DNA of 36,544 nt from NCBI GenBank assembly GCA_002269645.1, contig NIVC01003310.1, forward strand, positions 1 through 36,544, given 5' to 3'. The notes beneath the pieces were generated by a model that saw only the letters and a program-made list of their open reading frames with translations, was not told where the DNA came from and did not search any database. The position numbers and the translations under genes were made by a program. Source of the DNA: Macrostomum lignano (Eukaryota). Shown piece by piece: positions 23,330 to 34,579 of the stretch; position 1 is the first letter of the stretch, and each line of letters starts with the position of its first letter.

Positions 23330-25031
23330 ATGGAGGCGCAAATATTGTGCAATGTGAGACTATGCAAGCGTCCAGTCGAGTTTGAGTCACCAATCACCTG
23401 CCTGAAGCTCTGCTCAAAGCACATCGAGGACGATCGACTAAAAACCCAAGAGTCTGAGGCAGTTGTCATGGAAACAATATCGCGCTTTAAGAAATTTCAA
23501 GCGCCTATGAGATTGATGCAACAACGACTGGTAGCTGACTTGCAACTGCTTGATGACACTTTCAACGAGCTGAGAGACACTTTAGACAAGTGCCAAGCTG
23601 ACCTCACCGCTGCCATCACCAGGCACAATGACGATCTGGTGACGTCCCTGGGAGTTCTCCCAGGTCTTGAGGACTTTGAGCGAGACCTCGAGCAAGCAAA
23701 AGCAGCAAATGACCTGAGACAAGTCTTTGCAATTACTGACGGCATGCAGAGGTCTCTTAACAACATTCAGCTGGACTCAAAGCTGGTCGGATTTAAAAGC
23801 GAGGGCGATGAGATAACCATGGTACCATTTCCTGATTTGCTTTCACCTATCAAAAATTTGAAAGCCTGCGCTGAAATGCAGCTAGGCATCTCCTGCCTTC
23901 TCGTTGAGAATACTGATCAGACTCCAACTTTTGTAAAAGTCTGAGAGTGACAAAAACTGCTGAAACTGTTGAACTGGATGGGCAACTGCAGTGCGAGACA
24001 GTCTGTAGCAACACTAGCGGCTTCGGTCTCAACAGCGAGGGAATCATCATTCGAGACTGCAGCCAGAGCGCTGCTCAGCTGCCCACTGCGGCCGTCTTTG
24101 TAGCTGTTAAGCGTCACGATTCCCCACTCAGCGAATCGGATGAAGGCGATCCCGCTGGCGATTCGGAAATATTTCTAGCGTCGACAGCACCAAAACTGAT
24201 TTCAGAGCCATTAAGCTGCTGCTGGGAGGCCGATCAGCCGATCCGAGACCTTCACTACGACAACCGTCGACAGCTGTTGTACATCGCTCAACCTGGCGCG
24301 ATTACAGTGTGTGACCTGAGTGGAGTCAAGTGGCCTCTGACATTCAAAACAACATCGTAGAGATATTTTTTCTCGCTGGTGACCGCGACAAGCTGTTTGT
24401 TCTTGTTGAAATCAGAGATGATGAAATTCCTTTGATTTTTTGTTCTTTCCAAAGAGACAGGTCAAGTACAGAGCAAGATTACAGTTCCGGAAACTTGCAG
24501 TCAGGCGCTGAATCAATCAACTGAAATGACCGTGCGCGATCAATTTCTATTTCTATCAAATTCTGAGAAAGTCTTCACAATCTACAGCATTACTGGACTG
24601 CTGATTGGGTCATATGTCCGCTACTCTCTTGAAATTACAGAATTCTTAACTGACTTAGGTGATATAGAGCAATGCTTTTCGGACTTTTGTAACGATTCGA
24701 GTCTGTCACTTCGACTCTCGATGCAAATCATCGGTTATTTATCGACGGCTAGGATTATTCCGGTTCAGAAAGGCGCATTGTGTTGCAAGTTTGTGGATCT
24801 GGATGAAGATTAATTCTTTAGACAAGACTCTCTCTGTGTTAAGGAGCACCGAATAGAAACACAAAGGCATCAAATACAATGACGTATCATCAGAGAGCAA
24901 AGCTCGCCATAAGAAACTTCTCGGATGTCGGTGACTGACTCTATACCGACGTCGGGAACGTCGGCCAGATGTCGTCGACGTGGGACTGCTGTACGTGCGA
25001 TGGCTTTTACGCATTGCAATTAAGCAATTAA
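23330..25031 (+). pseudogene. Frameshifted paralog of the 17030-18583 TRIM-like gene (pseudogene or assembly errors)
   Basis: Same C-x4-C-x11-C-x3-C-x2-H motif and coiled coil. Homology continues across frame changes at about 23914-23941, about 24346-24360, and the T6 run at 24436-24441 (FVLSKETGQVQSK versus FAISKDSGEEQSQ). Weaker matches near 24887 (SESKARHKK versus AESSKHRK) and at the end (GFYALQLSN* versus QCYTLRVK*). The 3' boundary is tentative. Confidence 0.8.
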
Positions 25032-25115
25032 ATATACATGTACATGTAGCTATGGGAGTACGGATCTTAATACTGTTTAAAAATCAAATACAGTCGAGGC
25101 GTACATGTCCCTGTC

Positions 25116-26369
25116 TCTTAATACTAAAACTGGTGCGATGTTTCTTAATACTAAAGTTGGTGCGATGTTTGTCTGTCTGTATGTTGCAATTTTTCTCCAA
25201 GACTACTTGCAACTCAGCGTTGAAACTTATATGGGTAAACTGCAAATTTTCTGGGTTGGGTTTATAGCTATTTTAATCTTTCATTTTCACATTTTAAGAT
25301 CCCTAAAAAAGCAGAAATAATATAACAATAGGGAATATGATCCACCTTGCGCAACTCTTAGTGATTGCGCCACAACAGCTGGCCTATCTGTGTAGTGTAT
25401 TCTTTTAGCTGAAGGGGTGTAACCGGGCCAGTTGGCATCAATTTTTAGTGATTACGCCATAACTTTCTCCTATCTCGGCAGTGTATTTTCTCTCCAATGG
25501 GGGAATGGGGGCGTTCTCAGTGGCTGCGTGTGTACAATCGGACCCTAGCTCACTGGCTGATTGTATAGACAATTGCGCAACGATATGTTTTCTGATTTTC
25601 AATAGGCAGCCCTGTGTATTTGTTGGACACTGTGTATTTGTTGGACAGTAAAATTCAAGGAATAAACTTGCGAGCCTCCCACTGCTGCAGGCAGTGAACG
25701 TACACTCGATAGTTCAATTCCTTAAAACGGGAAATTTCAAAGCCAAACTGTTCTTCGAGTTTTAAACTTGAGGAGGAGACTTATATTGCTGGAAAGAGGT
25801 TGCAACGCTGAGTTAGGGGATATAAGTTGTTTGCTCTAAATGTGAAAATTAAAAGCACAGCATTCGAAAAGCAATTTCCATACTTTTAACTTTTTGCAAA
25901 GATCGTACTCATTTTCGAGGGTTCAATGAGGGTTTGACAGACCCCCAACAGTGGGGGGGGGTTCAATTTCTAGCTGCGCTGCGTATTCGAAGGGGTTCGG
26001 TCGCTGTGTATTGGAGGGTTGATTTAGATTGCGCAATTTTTTGTTAACTTTAACCGAGGCTGATACTGACTGCCTGAGAAATAAGTTGCGCAATTTAATT
26101 GGTTCAATGTTTTTACGGCGCCTTTCAACACGCAGCTGTGTGTAGCTCTAACCCTAACCCTAACCATAACCAATGAATTCTGAGAGCTGGGTTCTGTTTG
26201 ACGGAGAAATTTTGATTGAGTCCAGTTACACGGAGAGGATTTTCGCGGAGAGGATTTCGATGGTGTTCAGTCTCACGGAGACGATTTCTGTTTCGCGGAG
26301 AGTTCATGGAATGGGATTCCGGTGATGAGAGTTCTTCCCCTTTCTTCTCCGAAGGAGGAGTTGGCCTCG
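25116..26369 (+). mobile_element. Non-autonomous Helitron-like element, copy A
   Basis: 5' TCTTAATACTAAAACTGGTGCGATGTT, duplicated at 25116 and 25143, followed by GTCTGTCTGTATG. 3' hairpin CTTCTCC-GAA-GGAGGAG (26344-26360), then CTCG|T. No TIR or TSD. Internal TAACCC repeats at about 26149-26171. Confidence 0.7.
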
Positions 26370-27751
26370 TTTAATACTAAAACTGGTGCGATGTTTGTTT
26401 GTTTGTCTGTATGTTGCAACTTTTCTCCTAAACTACTGGCAAGTCAGCGTTGAAACTTATATGGGTAAACTGCAAATTTTCCGGACTGGGTTTATAGCAA
26501 TTTTAATCTTTCATTTTTACATTTTAAGATCCCTAAAAAAGCAGAAAACTGATTTCCTAACCTTCTTTGGCCCTTCTGTGGCCACTCTGCCTCTCCAGTG
26601 GAGGGGTTGCAGTCTGTTTGTAAAAATAGCCACCCCAACCTCCGCCCGCGGGTCGCTGTGTTTTGGGGGGGTGGGTGCGCGTGTTCTGCGTTAAATGCAA
26701 AACCCCCGCGTGTTGGGGGTTCAATTAAATTTAACGATTCCCCCGGAATGGGGGGTTGGGCTTGGGCTGAGTGTACATAGCAGTTGTACAGTGTAAGGAG
26801 ATAGCTAGGACTGTGTCGAGATTTAATTGGTTTTATTATCGGCGGCATTCAATAGGCAGCCATGTGTATTTGCTGGGCAGTAAAATTTAATGAATAAACT
26901 TGCGAGCCTCTTTAGCAGGCTGTGAACGTACACTCGATACTTTAATGCTTTAAATCAGGAAATTTCAAGCGCTAACTGTTCCTCGAGTTTTAAACTTTCA
27001 GAGGAGGGACTTATATTACTGGAAAGATCTTGCAATACTGAGTTCGGGGATATAAGTTGTTTGCTTTAAATGTGAAGACAAAAAGCACAGCATTTAAAAA
27101 ACGATTTCCATACTTTTAACTTTCGGCAGTGTACTCATTTTGGAGTTCAATGGGGGTTCGACCAACCCCCAACAGTTGGTGGGAGGGGGGGTTCAACTTT
27201 TAATTGCCACTGCGTATTGGAAGGGGGTCAGTCGCTGTGTATTGGAGGGTTGATTTAGTTTGCGCAATCTTTTTGTTAACTTTTACCGAGACTGATACTG
27301 ACTGACTGTGAAATCGGTTGCGCATTCAATTAATTCAATTGGTTCAACACGCTGCTGCGTTGTAGCTCTAACCCTAACCCTAACCCTAACCCTAACCACT
27401 AAATCCTGAGAGTTGATTCTTTTTTACGGAGAAAATTTCGATTCAGTCCAGTTTAATGGAGAGAATTTCTGTTTCGCGGAGACGATTTTGATGGATGTCA
27501 GTTTCACGGAGAGGATTTCCATGGAGTCCAGTTTCACGGAGAGGATTTCTATTTCTCGGAGGGGATTTTGATGAATGTCAGTTTCACGGAGAGGTGTTTG
27601 ATGGAGTTCTCTTTTACGGAGAGGATTTAGATGATGTTCAGTTTCGCGGAGAGGAGTTGGATGATGGGTTTCATGGAATGGCATTTCAGGGAATGGAGTT
27701 CCGGTGATGGGAATTCTTCCCCTTTCTCCTCCAGAGGAGGAGTTGGTCTCG
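26370..27751 (+). mobile_element. Non-autonomous Helitron-like element, copy B (head-to-tail with A and C)
   Basis: Same 5' block. Hairpin CTCCTCC-AGA-GGAGGAG (27726-27742), then CTCG. (TAACCC)4 at 27369-27392. A 20/30-bp minisatellite at about 27440-27660. Confidence 0.72.
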
Positions 27752-28719
27752 TCCTTATACTAAAACTGACGCGATGTTTGTCTGTATGTTGTAAGTGAAC
27801 TCCTACAATTCTGGCAAGTCAGCGTCGAAACTTATATGGGAAAACTGCAAATTTTCCGGAGCAGGCTTTAGGCTATTTTAATTTTTAATTTTCACATTTT
27901 AACATCCCTAAAAAAGCAGAAAACTGCTTTTTTAACCCCCAATAACCTTCTTTGGTCACTCTGCCTGGGGCTTCAGCCAGTTTGTAAAAATAGCCACCCC
28001 AACCTCCGCCCGCGGGCCGCTGTGTATTGAGGGGTGGTGGGTGCGCGTGTTCTGGGTTCAATGAAAATAAACCCCCCCCCCGCGTGTTGGGGGGTTGAGT
28101 TAAATTTAATGCTTCCCCCAGAACGGGGGTTGGGCTTGGGCTGAGTGTACATAGCAGTTGTACAGTGTAAATAGATAGACTGTGTCGAGATTCATTTGGT
28201 TTTATTATTGGCGCCTTTTTTCTCCATAGGCAGCCCTGTGTATTAGTTTGGCAGTGAAATTCAATGAATAAACTTGCGAGCTTCTCTAGCAAGCAGTCGG
28301 GAAATCAGTAAATTTCAAACGCTAACTGTTCCTCGAGTTTTAAACTTTGAGAGGAGAGACTTATATTGCTGGAAAGATCTTGCAACGCTGAGTTCGGGGA
28401 TATAAGTTGTATGCTTTAAATATGAAAAGAAAAAGCACAGCATTAAAAAAAACCATTTCCATACTTTTAACTTTCTGCAAAAATTTTACTCAGTTTTGCG
28501 AGACGTAATAGATAAAGTTGGGCGTATTGGAAGGGGATCTGCCGCTGCGTATTGGAGGGTTGATTTAGATTGCGCAACCGTTTATTTAACTTTAAATAAG
28601 ACTGATACTGTCTGACTGAGAAATGGTTTGCGCAATTAATTGATTCAATTAATTCAACACGCAGCTCTGTGCAGCTCTAACCCTAACCCTAACCAATGAA
28701 TTCTGGGAGTTAAGTTCTT

Positions 28720-29060
28720 TTTGACAGAGAAAATTTCGATTGAGTCCAGTTTCACGGAGTATTCTGATGGTTTTCGGTTTCACGGAGAGGATTTCTTTTT
28801 CGTGGAGAGAATCTAGATGTATTTCTGTTTTACGGAGACGATTTTGATGGATGTCAGTTTCACTCAGAGGATTTCCATGGAGCCCAGTTTCAGGGAGAGG
28901 ATTTCTGTTTCGCGGATTGGATTTCGAAAGGAGTCCAGTTTCACGGAGAGGATTTCTGTTTCGCGGAGAGGATTTCTGTTTCGCGGAGAGGATTTCTGTT
29001 TCGCGGAGAGGATTTCTGTTTCGCGGAGAGGATTTCTGTTTCACGGAGGGATTTTGATGG
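28720..29060. repeat. Minisatellite inside Helitron-like copy C: 20-bp GTTTCGCGGAGAGGATTTCT and 30-bp variants
   Basis: Exact 20-bp tandem units at about 28959-29038; 30-bp units carry an extra ~10-nt ATGGAGTCCA-like segment. Confidence 0.9.
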
Positions 29061-29069
29061 ATTTGGTAT

Positions 29070-30095
29070 CTTCAGTCAGTCAGAGAAGAGAGTAAAGAGA
29101 AGAATCAAAAGAGAAGAGAGATGAGATGAGATGATAGAAAACAGAGTAGAAATGAGACGAGAGATTAGACATGACGGATGGGAGAGAAGAGGGAGTAAGG
29201 CGTGAACGAAGGAGAGAGAAGAGAAGAGGAGAGAGAAGATGAGAGGGGAGATATGAGATAGCAAAGGGATACAAGAGAGATAATATGAGAGAGAATAGAT
29301 GAGGGATAAGAGCGTACAGAGGAAATATAGGAGAGGGGAGAGTAGAGGAGAAAGAAAGAGTGAGATGAGGGGATGAGGGATGAGAGAGGAGGGAAGACAG
29401 GAGAGAGAAGAGAGGAGAAAAGAGGGGAGAAAGGAGACAGGAGAGAGTAGAGACGAAAGACCAGGGAGAAGATATAAATAAGGTAGTAGAGATGAGAGGA
29501 GAGAGAGGAGAGAGAAGCGAAAGGAGAAGAGAGAGAGGAGAGAGATGAAAGATGAAAGATCAGAGATGAGAGAGTTAAGAGAGGAAAGTAGTGAGGAGAG
29601 GAGAGATGAGAGATGCGATGAGAAGAGATGCGTGAGAACATAAGAGAGAAGAGATTAGAAATTAGAGAAGAGAGGGGAGAAGATGAAAGGAGAAAGGAGA
29701 GGAGAAAAGAGAGAAGAGAAGAGACAGGGGATAGTGGAAAGGAGGAAAGAAAGATGGGAGACAAGAAAGTAGAGTGTGAGAGCGTATATGAGATATGAGA
29801 AATGAGAGCACAGAGGAGAGAGAGGGTAAAGAGAGACGATAGATAAGTGAGTAGAGATGACATATGAGAGAGGAGAGAAGAGGGAGAGATAAGAGAGAAG
29901 AGAGGAGACAGGAGACAGAAGTGAAGAGGAGAGATATGAGAGAAGAGATGAGACAAGAGACAGGAGAGGGTACAAACGAAAGACGAGGGAGAAGAGATAA
30001 ATAAGGGAGTAGGGGTAGAGATGAGATGAGAGAGAGGAGAGAGAAGAGAGTCACGATAATAGCGAATAGAAGAGAGAGGAGATATGAGAGACGTG
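29070..30095. repeat. Low-complexity GA-rich (polypurine) tract
   Basis: About 1 kb almost entirely G and A on the + strand, with no stable period. It produces the Ser/Leu-rich pseudo-ORFs on the minus strand. Confidence 0.93.
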
Positions 30096-31002
30096 AGAGT
30101 CTTTGAGCTATGGTCTTTCAAAGATTTTGTAAAGAATTTGGAGACGATTTGGAAGATGGGATTCAAGTGAAGTTTCAGCTGATGGATTTCAGGGAATGGA
30201 ATTCCGGTGATGGGAGTTCTTCCCCTTTCTCCTCCGGAGGAGGACTTCCACTCGTAAGTTAATAAATCCAGTGTATAATTATGCGCGTGCAATTTAATTA
30301 TAACTTGTTGCTGTTGTACTGTTATTTATATTTTAAAGTTCTCAAAAAGCAGGAACACTTTTATTGCGAGATTCATGATCGAGCAACTGTTGCAATTGTA
30401 CCGCTTTCGTCGCCTACAAATGTGATTTTCTGTTACATACATGTATATACTAGCTGTAACCCACGAGCGTATAAACGTTAAGTTGTCATGAAAACTTTTC
30501 ATAAATTATAGTTACTTTATGTAATATTTTAATCACCTGGCAGTGTTGTCTTAGTATTATACTCTGATCCGCTGCGCCGGTATACAGTATTATACAGTGC
30601 ATGGTCCTTGGGTATGGTATGCACCTTTCACAGCAATTAAGTTAGTGGACTTCTAAAATTATGTGAGACGAACGTGCTACTATGTACATGTACCATGCAA
30701 TCTTTATAGCTATATGTAACCATTTGGAAGCCGCGATCAGATGGTTATCATTAGTTAATGTGATTGTTGATGTCACTGCAAGTCGTACTACGTCTTAAAA
30801 AATGACCTGCACAATTTATCCGATTTCTCGAATTCTTGTTAGTTTCAGCGAAGCTAAAAAAATCCGAAAAAGGGACTAAAGAGACTTGTTGAAAAAAATC
30901 TTTCAATAACACAGGGTGTTGTGTCCAACAATCATGTGTTCAATTGGAAATATGATATAAAATACCTTCCCTTTGGCGTTTCGAAATCAGATATACCTGT
31001 AA

Positions 31003-31774
31003 TAGGGGTCCCAAATCCCGGACATTTTACAAATGCCGGTATCCCGGAAAAAAATTGACCAAATCCCGGGATCCCGGGCCAATCCCGGGATTTTTAAACA
31101 AACAAAATTTACGGAAAGCTTTCTATTATCCACAAAACAAATTTCTCAACCAATTCGAGCATGCATCATTTGTTGGATTTCTACTTTCTATTTCTAGCTT
31201 ATACTGCATTGATAAAATAGTTGAAGTTAGTTGTTAGTTGTACATACATAACTAAACTACACCCTCTCCCCTCGGATTAGGACTGTATACGCTGCGCTGG
31301 GTGCCTCTTTCAGCCCCCAACACACAGACCACCTCACACACACACACACACAGATCGAGGCTCAGACTCAGAACCCAGTCCCCACCCGGCCTCCTTTTTC
31401 TACTGCTTCCTTTCTTTTCCTTAGCTAGCTGCGCCTGCGCCCTGCAGCGGGCCCCGCGGACCAGTTGGGCCCAGTGTCCAGGGCCATTGCCACTTGACAG
31501 GTTAGAGTCTAGACTAGACCCTTAGTCTACTCAGTGACTAGTAGTAGTGCTTGATACAGTTGATTAATAGTCCTACTGTCCTTCATTCTAAAACTTCATT
31601 CTCAGGATGCAAAAATTCTCTCAAAACTGTTAACTGCTAACTGCAAGACGAAAAATATTCACTTTTGCAAATTGTAAATTCCATGCAATCCCGTGCTACC
31701 CGGATCCCGGATCCCTAATCCCGGGATCCCGAACACTAACAAAAAGCCGGGATAGCTATCCATTGGGACCCCTA
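31003..31774. mobile_element. Non-autonomous hAT element (772 bp)
   Basis: Perfect 12-bp TIR TAGGGGTCCCAA (31003-31014 and reverse complement of 31763-31774). 8-bp TSD ACCTGTAA versus GCCTGTAA (7/8). Clusters of ATCCCGGG/CCGG subterminal motifs at both ends. Confidence 0.92.
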
Positions 31775-34006
31775 GCCTGTAACTATTAAACGATGCGATC
31801 GACCTATCGATCGATCTTTCAATTCAGGCAGTTCACTTATTATTGTAAATGCCGTAATGTTTTAACTTATATAAAGAAGGAATATTGCTTTTCAAAGTTA
31901 AAGAACTAATTAATAGAAGGCAGTAGTTTGTATTCTCGCTTTTAAAGCATTTAAACATAAAAGTTTGTTTTGTTATACGTGCTACAATAGAGTTTCTGTT
32001 TCTCTCGATTTTTTCTTTCCGTGAAACGAGAATCGCAACAAGCTGAAACTGAACTGCTGCAACTTGGTCCTGGAGGAAGAGAACTTTATGCTGTTTTGCT
32101 GAGCGTAGTTTCTGCTGTTATCATGGTATATTTTTTGTTATAAACAGTAGTTATTGTGGGATAGGTCAACACCTAAGCCATTGTTTTTAAAGTACAGCAG
32201 GTAACAGTCGCCGCAGGTCGCAGGATTGTGAAACTGCAGTCCGAGTCCTGTCTGCAGTGATTCGGTGGTGCCTGACGGATCTATCATCCATTCATCCGGG
32301 AGGCCACAAGCTAGTGCCATATGAATTAGGCCTAGTGTGTATATGTGAGCAAGTATGTTTTTACATAATTACTTACAAGACTGATTTTAATTAAATACAA
32401 GTCTCTGCTATCCATGTAAAATTGAAATAGTGTAGGGGGCTTAAAATGCATATTCGATGTCAAAATAATTTACTCAATTAAAGTGCACCAGTGCAGGATT
32501 GCCATTTGCCAACATTAGGCCTATATGATAATTTAATTATAAACTTTAATTATTTTTGCCATGTTTATGGTATGCAATAGTGTCAATACTTCCTTTTAAA
32601 ATAAAAGTTATATAATAATTACAAAAAAATTATTTTTTTTAATGTTTGGCAAAATATTTCCTTCCGCTTCCTTAGCCTAAGGCTTAGGCTTATTTTAAAC
32701 TTATAGTAGGCCTAGTTAAAATTAAATAAGACAATATGTTTTTTAATGAAAAGCCTAGGCCTAGCAACTATAATATAATTTTAATAAGTATTAAGCCTAA
32801 TAAAACAGAATGTGCTAATATTAATATAGGTCCTAGTAAAATAGGTCATAATATTAATATTAAGGCCTATTGAAATATTTAGTAAATATATGTATTATAA
32901 ATATTATTATTAGCTTATAATATTTTATATATTTTATATTTATTGGAAAAAAGATAATCTTCTTTTTATATGCAAAACAAAGGATTTATAATATATTCTT
33001 GGCATTTATTTCTTAAAATTAGAATAAATATTAAGGTAAGGGCAGAAAAAGAAATAGGCCTATAATTTTAGTGGTCAGTTGGCTAATACCAAAATAAGGG
33101 GTTTTGACTTTTGAACTATTACTAGTGAGGTAGGGGTGGTGAAAAAAATAAACAAGATTTGAAATTGTAAGATTAGGGAGAATAAAAAATTTGGGTTTGT
33201 CGTTGGCATGTAAAGCCGGAAAATTGCACAAATTGCTGCGCTGATTCTTCTCCTAGGTTACTCCGTCTGCCGGGTCCTCAATTCCGGGGGAGGGTAGTCG
33301 TAATCGTAGTCGAGTGGTCCTGTAGCGGCCCGGGTCATTCAAATTAGGTCCTCAGACACCGAAAAATTATAGTTTGTCAAAATTGCTAGTTGTGTTACTC
33401 TCAGTAGTAAAGTAGCGCTGCCACCACCATAAATGTCGTTTTACGGAATGTTTAGGGTCTCAGAGCTTTCTTTGAGATGAGACTGATTGGTTATTTTATG
33501 CCCCGCGGGCAAATGACTCAATAGAAAACTAAAGGCTTCAATTCTGAACAACTGAATAAATATTAAATGTTGCGAACTTATTATTATTTCGTTAATTATT
33601 ATTACGGTTAGTTATTATCGCTACGCGAGATGAACAAGCAGAGACAGGAGCAGAAACTAACTAAACTAAAACTCAAACAAACACACACACTTTAAAAAAA
33701 ATGACTCCAGAGATAACTCATATATAACATATTGGCGTGAAGGATCCCAGGGGTGGGACAGAGGATGGGACAAGGGAAGGGACAACGAAGGGAAAAAGAG
33801 GAAAACCCGGCTGCTGGAAACATTAAAACAACAGGGGCCAATGGAGGGAACAGAAAAGGGAACAGACAAGGGAGCAAGGGCGGGAACAAACGGGGGAACA
33901 AACCAGGGAACAAAAGTTGAAAAAAAAATGACGTCAATCTGTCCGGCCGTCCTCATGTTGTCGCCCGCGAGAGATCTGCCGTCGTTCACCCCAGTGGTAG
34001 ACCGGC

Positions 34007-34579
34007 CTACCACAGGCGCGGGGGCGCCGGGGCGAATGGCAGCAGACAGACGAACTCCCGGACGTCTCAGGGGCGGCAGTCCTGCTTCGCCAGCCGGCCA
34101 CGCGCAGGCTCGGGCTGAAGGTCAAGAAGCTGCAGGCGCTGCCCATTTAAGGCTCCGGGTGCCTCTCGATGGCGGCCTCCCAGAACTGGCGGACCTCTGG
34201 CAGCCATCCGTTCTGGAGGTGGCCCGCCTCCTAATAAGCCAGCGTGACAAATAGGGCGAGGGCAGGCCAGGGGTCGTCCTCCCTTGCGAAAGCAGGCATC
34301 TACACGCCGCAGCGTCGCATCGAGGAGCTCCCTCGTGTTCACGGGCGGCATTTCGCGACAGAGTGTCTGCCATGGGGCATCCACTTGAACGCGGCCCTTG
34401 TCGTCCGCCTGGTGGTAGGCCTCGTTGAGCGCGCGGCGGAGCTGTTCGCGAGCTGGGGCCGCGCCGCTTGGGGCAGTGGCCAGGGCCCGCAGGGTGTCAG
34501 CTTCATTGGTGGACAGCCAGGGCGCGGTTGTCTGCATCTCTGGAGAGACATTGTCGCAGTTGGACCAATTGTTAGCCAT
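34007..34579 (-). pseudogene. Degenerate ~190-codon ORF of unknown function downstream of Gypsy pol
   Basis: GC-rich island starting ATG GCT AAC AAT TGG at 34579. The GC3-rich frame reconstructs as MANNWSNC...VDACFRKEDDPWPALALFVTLAY*EAGHLQNGWLPEVRQFWEAAIERHPGALNGQRLQLL...DCRP*DVREFVCLLPF..LW*, with two compensating frameshifts and two internal stops. Confidence 0.55.

Larger units (their letters stand above)
27752..30254 (+). mobile_element. Non-autonomous Helitron-like element, copy C, interrupted by about 1 kb of purine-rich sequence
   Basis: Starts TCCTTATACTAAAACTG. Colinear with copy B to about 29060. The terminal block resumes at about 30175 with palindrome CTCCTCCGGAGGAG (30229-30242) and CTCG|T at 30254. 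Confidence 0.7.

Noticed and set aside
23914-24441. Programmed ribosomal frameshifting in the second TRIM-like copy
   Set aside because: There are at least three shifts in both directions and no canonical slippery heptamer with a downstream structure. Decay or sequencing error is simpler.
26149-28695. Chromosome end or telomere-healing site
   Set aside because: Only 2-4 hexamers are present, embedded at the same internal position of a repeated element.
27440-29060. CRISPR-like look of GTTTCACGGAGAGGATTT repeats with variable intervening sequence
   Set aside because: The intervening parts are 2-12 nt, related to each other rather than unique spacers. The context is eukaryotic and there are no cas genes. 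This is a minisatellite.
29165-30292. 375-aa Ser/Leu-rich minus-strand ORF
   Set aside because: It is the antisense of the GA-rich tract, in which stop codons are depleted by composition.
30449-30480. Possible minus-strand Helitron 3' end (ACTAGCTGTAACCCACGAGCGT)
   Set aside because: CTAG is present, but the hairpin is weak and no 5' end or second copy was seen.
32330-33180. AT-rich region with recurrent TAGGCCTA palindromes
   Set aside because: No ends, period or coding signal could be defined; left unannotated.
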